A model generated the notes under the pieces. It was not told the DNA's origin. It searched no databases and saw only the letters and a list, made by a program, of their open reading frames with translations. Positions 54,562 to 64,000 of a stretch of 64,000 bases of DNA are shown here, one piece after another. Source of the stretch: Octopus vulgaris. Taxonomy: Eukaryota. A program made the position numbers and the translations under genes. The stretch is taken from positions 55,986,001 to 56,050,000 of the forward strand of contig OX597832.1 of assembly GCA_951406725.2 (NCBI GenBank), in the 5' to 3' direction. The first letter of the stretch is position 1. Each line of letters starts with the position of its first letter.

Positions 54562-54706
54562 CTTTTTCGCACACACATAACACCCACGAACACGGAAAAG
54601 TAAACCCGAAAGCAAATACACATAAACATACTTGGACATTTTCTCCTTCGTTCTCACTCTCTCTCTCTTCTTTCACACACACACTCACACACTCTCTCTC
54701 CCCTTC

Positions 54707-54761
<55 letters not shown>

Positions 54762-54880
54762 ACACGTACAAACAGAAGCATTTTCTAACGCAGACGCATC
54801 ATTTAGTTTCGTTTTTACTCCCCTTTTTATCTTCGCCCACTAATCTTTTCTTTCCTTTTCTTTCTCTTGGTCTTTTTCCC

Positions 54881-54920
<40 letters not shown>

Positions 54921-55078
54921 TCTCTCTCTCTCTCTCACTCACTCACACGCTCTCACTCACTCTCTCTCCCTCCCTATCTCTCTTTCTATCTCTCCTTATC
55001 TCTCGCTGTCGCTCTCTCCCGCCACTTTCTCTCCCCGCTCTTTGCTAAACATCAATTTTCTCTATTAAGAAACCCTAC

Positions 55079-55182
55079 TTTTGACGGTTGAAAGGGTTCT
55101 GTGAAAATATCGATGACCAATTTATTAACACTGCTGTAGATTGTGTCGATAGAACGAAGGCAGATGCCGTTAATGGCATTCC
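55079..55182 (-). CDS. Candidate internal exon (104 nt): (G)[34 protein letters not shown]
   Basis: Strong acceptor TTCTCTTTCCCCTTTTCACAG, GTAGG donor, complex-sequence island between microsatellites. Confidence 0.45.
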
Positions 55183-55329
55183 CTGTGAAAAGGGGAAAGA
55201 GAATAACAGGAGGAGTTCTTGTGTCAAGCTGACATTTGCAATATTCCACATACGTCCACAGAAACACGCGCCGCATATAAATATAGCAATAAACACACAC
55301 ATGAATAGGCATACACATACGAAAACATT

Positions 55330-55373
<44 letters not shown>

Positions 55374-55398
55374 CACACACAAAATGTATGCATGTATG

Positions 55399-55439
<41 letters not shown>

Positions 55440-55543
55440 CATGCATGTTTGTATGTATATATATATATATATATATACATACATATATGTATGTCTATAT
55501 ATATATATATATATACATACAAACATGCATGTATGCATACATG

Positions 55544-55579
<36 letters not shown>

Positions 55580-55590
55580 TACATACATAC

Positions 55591-55623
<33 letters not shown>

Positions 55624-55797
55624 TGCATGCATGTATGTACGTATGTATATATATATATACATTTACATACATATATGTATGTATGCATGCATTTATGTAC
55701 GCATATATATATATATATACATATATGGATGTATGCGTGATGCATGTATGTATGTATTATGTATGTGTATGTATATATGTATGTTTATATATATATT

Positions 55798-55861
<64 letters not shown>

Positions 55862-55945
55862 TGTGCATATGCGTTTATATTCCCTTCAACATTGATTTAT
55901 AGAGAAATATATTCAGAATTAGAGACCAGGCATTGCCTCCCCGCC

Positions 55946-55998
<53 letters not shown>

Positions 55999-56649
55999 AT
56001 ACCGCGGCAAAGTGAAATCATATAGATCTTTGCAATTCTTTGTATTGATTTATAGAAGAATATATTTGGAATTAGAGGGCAGACATCGCCCTTATTTCTC
56101 CTTCTTCTCCTCCCCCCCTCTTTCTTCTTCTTCTTCTTCTTTTACTTCCTCTTCTAATTCTTCTTCTTTTCCTCCTTCCTCTCCTTATTCCTTGAAGCAC
56201 GCCGATTACGAAGGAATGGTATAGATTCCAAATACTCCTCCCCAACCCCATCAATCCTTCCAACAATCCCTTCTCGTCTCCCTCTCTCCTTTCTTCCTCC
56301 ACCACCCACATATTACACTGGTCTTTTAGCATACCGCGTACCAGCACTAAGGAAGAATCACACAGATCCAGCAGCCCCCCCCCCCCCGCCGCGGCAAGAA
56401 AATCCCCGTCCTCCTCAATTAATTCCTCTCCTTCAACACTCTTCTATCATGCTTACATACATTCGACTCTCCCTGTATTAATTTAAGAGGATGGGAAAAA
56501 TTACCATAATTACGGGGAAAGTAAAACCCTTACCTTTTGTTTTCCTCCGTTTAATGAAGTCGGGCGGAGGGGAGAATGGAAGAAGATCAGCTTATAAAAA
56601 TCATATCGATTATTCACTGGTGCGAGTTATTGATCATTATCTTTCTTTT

Positions 56650-57500
56650 ATCTTCTTTTACTGGCTTCAGTCATTGGATTGCGGCCCAAACTGGTGCAAC
56701 GCCTTGAACGGGTTTCAGTCGAACTAATCGGCCCATTCCCAATCACGCACCGCACCACCTCACCCTCCACCCTCCCCGTACTTGCTTTTGTTTTTCTTAA
56801 GTCACCTTACTCATTCTCATATTCTGTCATTCTCTTTTGCTGAGCCGTTAAGTTACGGGGACTTAAATAAGCCAACACTGGTTGCCAAGCGCTGGCATGG
56901 GGAAACGAACGCAAACACAAAGACACACACACGCACACACACACACACACACAAACACTCATACACACACACACACGCACACACATCTATGTGTATATGT
57001 GTGTGTTTGTGTGTGCGTGTGTGTGTGTGTGCGCGTGTGTGCGTGCGCCTGTGTGTGTGTGTGTGTGGCTGTGTGGTGAGAAGGTATAGGCACAGGAGTG
57101 GCTGTGTGGCAAGTAGCTTGCTTACCAACCACATGGTTCCAGGTTCAGTCCCACTGGCTGGCACCTTGGGCCAGTGTCTTCTACTATAGCCTCGGGTCGA
57201 CCAAAGCCTTGTGAGTGGATTTAGTAGACGGAAACTGAAAGAAGCCCGTCGTATATATGTATATATATATATATGTGTGTGTCTATATGTTTGTGCGTCT
57301 GTGTTTGTCCCCACAACATCGCTTGACAACCGATGCTGGTGTGTTTACGTCCCCGTAACGTAGCGGTTCGACAAAAGAGACCGATAGAATAAGTACTAGG
57401 CTTACAAAGAATAAGTCCTGAGGTCGATTTTCTTGACTTTAAGGCGGTGATCCAGCATGGCCACAGTCAAATGACTGAAACAAGTAAAAGAGTAAAAGAG
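56650..57500. mobile_element. Diverged - SINE B part (56650-56990) and full + SINE B (57087-57500)
   Basis: Homology. Confidence 0.85.
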
Positions 57501-57682
57501 TATATGATCCAACAGACTCCAATGAGGCTGGATGTTGTTCTCTACCGACAAGACTTATGTAGAAAAAAATCGATAAAGAGGGTACGGTGAACTGTACTCT
57601 TTTTTATCGATTAGATGGAACTGAATCGGGCTGTTTTAAATGATATATGTGTGCGTATGCGTGTGTGCGTGCGTGCGAGGTG

Positions 57683-57721
<39 letters not shown>

Positions 57722-57924
57722 GCGCATGGCCTAGTAGTTAGGGTGTTACATCCATGATCTAATGATCTAGCGGTCGTGGTTTCAATTCCTGAACCGGGTA
57801 GTGCTTTGTGTTCTTACGCAAGGCACTTCATCTCACACTGTTCTGCGATCACTCCGTCACCTGACGCGCGGCATGGCACACACACAGTGCACCTGTTCAG
57901 ACAACGTCGATTTGATGGGGCGGT

Positions 57925-58282
57925 GAAAGGAGAGAGTTTTTGACGTTTCAAGCATTGCTCTTCGTCGGAAAGGAGAAAGGAAGAGTCCAAAGAAGGAAAA
58001 GAAATAAATAAAGAAATCGCCAACAGCGCGTGCGTAGTTACATTGTTACATTGTTGTGTAGTTGCATACATTCATATATATATATATATATATGAAGTTA
58101 ATCCAAACATGAAAACACAAAGAGAAAACACAACAACGCGTGGACGTGGAACAAGTATAGTATTATTGGACGCTCAGGAAAGAAGGAAAGAAGGAGGGTT
58201 TAACGTTTCGAGCGGAGCTCTTCGTCAGAAACACAGGAAAAGGAAAGATCCAAAGAAGGGAAAACGGAAGAAAAAAAATCGC

Positions 58283-58287
<5 letters not shown>
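57925..58287 (-). mobile_element. Two PLE-type terminal repeats (family 2) with minimal HHRs at 57937-57971 and 58198-58232
   Basis: GTTT-CTGACGA-A-GAGC-TCC-GCTC-GAAA-CGT-T-AAAC and TTT-CCGACGA-A-GAGC-AAT-GCTT-GAAA-CGT-C-AAA. Confidence 0.72.
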
Positions 58288-58326
<39 letters not shown>

Positions 58327-58693
58327 TAAAATTAAATAGATACAATTGACAATACGATAATTTATTTATATTATAATATAATATAACATGATATACTATT
58401 GAATATATTGAATATAATATAACGTAATATAAGATAACATAAACAGTTATTAAAACATCAAAATGTCAATAAGTCGAAACAAATTGTTGGCGTTTTGTTG
58501 TTTTAATAATTGTCTATGTTATCTTGTATTATGTTATATCAGTTGTATCTCTATTTAATTTTATCTTTGTAATTTGCATCATAGCCATATTTATGTGGTT
58601 TCCAACTGACGTACACCAGTGAACTGGATATTTCACACACCCGTTTGAGAAAATGATTTTCCTTAGTTTCTTTATATATATATATATATATAA

Positions 58694-58879
58694 AGGGAAA
58701 GTTTACGAAAATAAACAAAAGACGAAGGCAGGTGGAGTACAAACAAACAAATGTATTAGTATAGCGCTCAGGAATAGAAAATGTCTTTTACGTTTCGAGC
58801 CTACGCTCTTCTACAGAAAGGGACACAGAAAAAACAAGGAGAGAAAAAATTTGTGTAGTGGCTAACGATCTATCATGGC

Positions 58880-58883
<4 letters not shown>
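58694..58883 (-). mobile_element. PLE terminal repeat family 1 with HHR (58785-58820)
   Basis: CTTT-CTGTAGA-A-GAGC-GTAG-GCTC-GAAA-CGT-A-AAAG. Confidence 0.78.
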
Positions 58884-58958
<75 letters not shown>

Positions 58959-58964
58959 TATATA

Positions 58965-59220
58965 CATGCATACATGTACATACTTACATATATATGTTTA
59001 TACATATACATATGCATATGTGGGTACAGGACGTCAAAAAGCATGAACAACATGAAAAACGAGAACATGAAATACAAAAACACGGAAAATGAACTTTTTG
59101 GGCGAACAACGAAAGAAACAAATAGGAAAACGAGACAAGCAACATAAAGAACAATCCCTTCATCTGTTGTCCTCTGTTTTATCTACTCCGCATTTCGAAT
59201 ATAGATGGACAACTGCTGAC
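58965..59220 (-). mobile_element. Diverged copy of the permuted-hammerhead repeat
   Basis: CAGCAG-TTGTCC..ATTC-GAAA-TGCGG..GGACAA-CAGATGA-AGGG; GTCCTGTACCCA in the tail. Confidence 0.65.
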
Positions 59221-59699
59221 GGGATTGCTAACGTTTCTTAATTCTTTATTGCCCACAAGGGGCTCTCCACAGTGGGGACAAATAAGGACAAAGAGATTAA
59301 GTCGATTATATCGACCCCAGTGCGTACTCTAGGCATAAGGCCCGAAATTTCTCTAGATATGCATGCTCCCTCTGAAGACAACGGAGGGAAGAAAAGAAGA
59401 AGAGAGAAGAAGGAGAGAGGGAATAGGAGGGAGAGAAGAAGTGGAGGAGAGAGAGACATGAAGAGGGACAAGGGGGGTAGATACAATAAGGGCGAAGTAG
59501 AGAGGGCGTTAAGAAGAGCAAACAAATGAAGATGACGTCACGTTTGCAAATCACGTTTTTATAGACATCCAGTGCACGTGAGAACGTCACGAGACTTGAC
59601 AATGGGCGTACGTCATATCTAAGACGCACGTTTAACCGTTAAACACTTCTATAATTCCGACGTTATCGGGATTACGACAATTATATAGTTCAAATTTCC

Positions 59700-59870
59700 A
59701 GAAAACAGAAGACGAAGAAAAGCATAGGAACAACAAGTAGGTGTATTAGTTTAACGCTCGGAAAGAATTGAAAAGTCTTTTATGTTTCGAGCTTACGCTC
59801 TTCAGCAGAAAAGATTAAGAGAAAAAAGAAACGGAGAGAGAATGAAAAAAATGGAGGCAAAGTGTGTAGA
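59700..59870 (-). mobile_element. Diverged PLE terminal repeat family 1
   Basis: TTT-CTGCTGA-A-GAGC-GTAA-GCTC-GAAA-CAT-A-AAAG. Confidence 0.65.
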
Positions 59871-59954
59871 GATTACGATAACTATATAATATTACTCTTA
59901 AAACAGTTGAGAGTTTAGAATAGGTATAAGATTGGTTTTGTTACTATTTGAGTA

Positions 59955-60538
59955 TTCTTTTTTACTCTAGGCACAAGGCCCGAAACTTTTGGAAAGGGGG
60001 CCAGTCTATTAAATCGACTCCCAGTACGCAAATGGTGCTTAATTTATCGACCCCGAAAGGATAAAACGCAAAGTCGACCTCGGCGGAATTTGAACTCAAA
60101 ACGTAAAGACAAACGAAATACCTATTTCTTTACTACCCACAAGGGGCTAAACACAGAGAGGACAAACAAGGACAGACAAACGGATTAAGTCGATTACATC
60201 GACCCCAGTGCGTAACTGGTACTTATTTAATCGACCCCGAAAGGATGAAAGTCAAAGTCAACCTCGGTGGAATTTGAACTCAGAACGTAAAGACAAACGA
60301 AATACCTATTTCTTTATTACCCACAAGGGGCCAAACACAGAGAGGACAAACAAGGACAGACAAACGGATTAAGTCGATTTTATCGACCCCAGTCCGTAAC
60401 TGGTACTTATTTAATCGACCCCGAAAGGATGAAAGGCAAAGTCAACCTCGGCGGAATTTGAACTCAGAACGTAATGGCGGACGAAATACCGCTAAGCATT
60501 TCGCCCGGATTACTAACGTTTCTGCCAGCTGGCTGCCT
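59955..60538 (-). mobile_element. SINE family A trimer
   Basis: One head and three bodies joined by two tail-2 junctions. Confidence 0.9.
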
Positions 60539-60931
60539 TGTTAATATTTGAGTATTTACATGAAATATTGGGTACGACACATGTGATACTTACAGTTCAG
60601 TCATACAGCTCAGCCTGTATGTACAGTATAACAGTATAACATGTCCGTACAGCCCAGATACGCGACTTAACCACAGCGGGTAAACACATAAGACTGTCGT
60701 AATCTTGTAATACATCACAGAAATACGATAGCGCCACAAAGACTCGCAGCGTAGGAGAGATAAGTTATGTAACTATTTCGTACAATATTCAACGTAGTCA
60801 TGCAGCTTAAAAACAGATTATTAATCCTGATCAAACAAATTTATGATCAAACGTGTTTCAGTTAAAACCAAACCGTCGTTTCTTTCCTTTTTTCAAACGC
60901 TTTATCTTGCTCCACATTGTCCATTGCACAT

Positions 60932-61518
60932 CTTTACTCTTTTACTCTTTTATTTGTTTCGGTCATTTGACTGCGACCATGCTGAAGCACCGCCTTTTAG
61001 TCAAGCAAGTCGACCCTAGGACTTATTCTTTGTAAGCCTAATGTACTTATTCTATCGGTCGGTCTTTTGCTGAACCGCTAAGTTACGGGGATGTAAACAC
61101 ACCAGCATCGGTCGTTAAGCGATGTTGGGGGGACAAACACAGACACACAAACATTTACACACTCATACATATATATATATATACATATCTACGACGGTTT
61201 TCTTTCAGCTTCTGTCTACCAAATCCACTCACAAGGCTTTGGTCGGCCCGAGGCTATAGTAGAAGACGAACCGCTAAGTTACGGGGATGTAAACACACCA
61301 GCATCGGTCGTTAAGCGATGTTGGTGGGACAAACACATACAAACACACAAACACATATATATACATATACTTATATATGACGGGTTTCTTTCAGTTTCCG
61401 TCTACGAAATCCACTCACAAGTCTTTGGTTGGCCCGAAGCTATAGTAGAAGACACTTTACCCAAGCTGCCATGCAGTGGGACTGAACCCGGAACCATGTG
61501 GTTGGTAAGCAAGCTACT
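60932..61518 (-). mobile_element. SINE B with an internal tandem duplication of about 195 bp
   Basis: GAACCGCTAAG...TAGTAGAAGAC segment occurs twice. Confidence 0.88.
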
Positions 61519-62654
61519 TTATTTCATAGAAATTTGCCATAAAGGTATTACAAAGACTAGCTTGCGGGCTAGACATAGACATTAATGAAGCGGATGATTA
61601 TGATGAAAAATGATAAAGATGGGAGAAGGCAGAAAGCGCCCGACGACCCTCTGCTTCTCTACCACACGGCCACTCTTGCGCCTTTTCCTTGTAAAGCGGC
61701 AAACTGTAATTTGAAGGACATTTGGCTGCTATTTCTAACAGGTCGAGCAACCAACCATATAATGGTTCCCTCGTTGCCTCGTGGCCATATAGTGATTTTA
61801 CAAAGTAAAGAGATACAATAGCAACATTTAAAGATAATCATAAACCTTAATCACACAACACAGCAAGTTATGCTATAAAGTCATACGACAACAATAAATG
61901 AAAAACATGACGTATTGGAATATAATACAATCGTTCGGTAGCAACTGGCAAAACAGTCATAAAAGAAAGCTCTCTATTGCACAATTATATTGTACAGTCA
62001 CACAACACACAAAGGTTTTATAGAGCAAACTTTGAGAACCGAGGTAAACAGCATCAACAATAAGAAATACATCAACCGAGCGTTTGTAAACGAAGAGAAC
62101 AGCATCTTAAAGAGCCGGGATTGAACTTCTCAAGAAACACTCGATTTCAGTTTGAGGTTCTTTGTATCCTAAGAATTGCAGGGTCGATTTAAAGACATGG
62201 AAGAAAAATTTTCGGCATGCCAACCAAAGGTTAGCCTTCGCTGTGTTTCTCGAATACGTGTTTATGCTGCCAATATCGAGAGAAATATAGCTTCTCTTGT
62301 ATTCGCGGCCGTTAGATCACGTCGTATACTGAATAGAACAGGAAACAACTATAAAATATCTGTTGAACAAAAGAAACAGTCAAGCCCATAAAATACACAA
62401 GCTGTGACCGAAAATGTCGATTATATCATGTATCTGTAGATGACATTATATATGTAACCAGTGGCTTCCCTAAAATGTCATGAAGGTATTACCTTTCTTT
62501 GTGGTATGACGCATCTGATATTGTTGTTTGGGAGAGATAAATGAGCGGTGTGCTATTGTGGAGTGCAGCTGTTCACCAAGTGAGAATATTAGCTTCAAAA
62601 TAAATGACAAAAACGAATAAATGTACTTGACTACGTGACTAAATACTTAAGTAT

Positions 62655-62870
62655 AATATTGATTCCAAATTTTTGGCAAAGGGCCAGCAATTTCAGAGCT
62701 TGGAGGCATCTAAATCGATTACATAGATCCCAGTGTTCAACTAGTACTTATTTTATCGACTCCGAAATGATAAAAAGTAAAGTCAACCTCGGCAGAATTT
62801 AAACTCACAACACATGAAGACAGACGAAAAGCCGCTAAGCATCTTACCCGGCTCTACCAGCTCGCCGCCT
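62655..62870 (-). mobile_element. Diverged SINE family A
   Basis: Homology. Confidence 0.78.
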
Positions 62871-62945
<75 letters not shown>

Positions 62946-63018
62946 TAACAATAATAACAATAACAATAATAACAATAACAATGATAACAATAACAATAAC
63001 AATAATAATAATAATAAC

Positions 63019-63083
<65 letters not shown>

Positions 63084-63100
63084 TAATAATGATGATGATG

Positions 63101-63186
<86 letters not shown>

Positions 63187-63187
<1 letters not shown>

Positions 63188-63741
63188 GCCCTGATGCAAT
63201 ACCAGGTAGTGGCTCTCATGGCTGCTGATCTTAACTGATTGGAAGTGTTATCATGTACATTGTTTCGTCTTGGTATAAAAGACAAGCTACAGCAAATATT
63301 CTGCTCAATACCACAGATTTGCTTGTCAGTTGCTTGACCTTAACCAGTTGACAATGTCCCTTAGTGGCTGACGATACGTGCATCTCTGATCACGTTCAGA
63401 AGTAGTGGGGGAGCATCATAGCTATGTATTGAGAGGGATTATTTGGGGTTTGAATAACTCACCTCTGGAAACATGGGTGTTTTGTTCAACATCCTTAAAC
63501 AACCCTTATTCAAGGACCTTTTGAGCGGGATTGGTTTCTCGACCAGAAGAAAATTCTAACTGGGCCTCACCTGCAAGGTCATGTGCAGTTTACCTTGATG
63601 TGAGATCACCATGTCGCGCACATATGGTTGTGATGCATGTGCCTGGTGTACCCTTATCAGACGGGTAGTCATGATGGTTTTACTGGGCTTCGTATATTTT
63701 ACCCCAGTGTCACTTTGATGGCATGCACTGCTCTCTCACTC
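63187..63741. mobile_element. Non-coding insert of about 555 bp bounded by (AAT)n; probable Dong-type 3' UTR or non-autonomous element
   Basis: AAT repeats on both sides; adjacent to a Dong RLE fragment. Confidence 0.45.
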
Positions 63742-63769
63742 AATAATAATAATAATGATAATAATATTG

Positions 63770-64000
63770 ATACGACCACAAACCCGAGGGCATCATCGAA
63801 AATGATGATGGAAAGATCCTGTGGGATTTTATGATTCAATGCGATAGAGAATAGGAAGCCAGACATAGTCTTAATTGAAGGAGAAAGCAGACTATGGTGG
63901 GTCATAGATATAGCATGCCCAGCTGACAACAAGGTATGCGATAAGGAAGAAAGTAGTTGTGATCGATGAAAAAGGCGGTAGTAGTACCAGTAATTGTCGG
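63770..64000 (+). pseudogene. R4/Dong restriction-like endonuclease fragment, running off the window
   Basis: HKPEGIIENDDGKILWDFMIQCDRE(fs)RKPDIVLIE...VIDIACPADNKVCDKEE..KKAVVVPVIV. Confidence 0.88.

Noticed and set aside
56190-56490. Pro/Ser-rich open frame on the plus strand
   Set aside because: Pyrimidine-rich low complexity; no start, splice or homology support
61850-62400. Possible degenerate Penelope endonuclease region
   Set aside because: No diagnostic YIG or EH motif could be read

Overview
Repeat-saturated animal genomic DNA, most likely an Octopus species (inferred from the SINE and microsatellite landscape, not proven). Nearly all listed ORFs are microsatellite artefacts. Supportable content: dozens of tRNA-derived SINE copies; two TIR-bounded, defective Tc1 transposons; a split Sailor-like (about DD82E) transposase relic; a non-autonomous Helitron; 5'-truncated R4/Dong retrotransposons sitting in (TAA)n and (TACA)n tracts; Penelope-like element (PLE) relics (RT thumb, GIY-YIG); and 2-3 candidate small exons of an unidentified minus-strand host gene. 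The main unexplained signal is about a dozen hammerhead ribozyme (HHR) motifs in at least six architectures. They include an apparently non-circularly permuted HHR (strand order c-b-a) with covariation between copies (47472-47532 and 59155-59218), and a tRNA-headed SINE that carries an HHR and a Penelope-style inverted 5' end (40306-40628). All structures were read by eye and none is tested. Repeat boundaries are approximate unless TIRs or TSDs are quoted.
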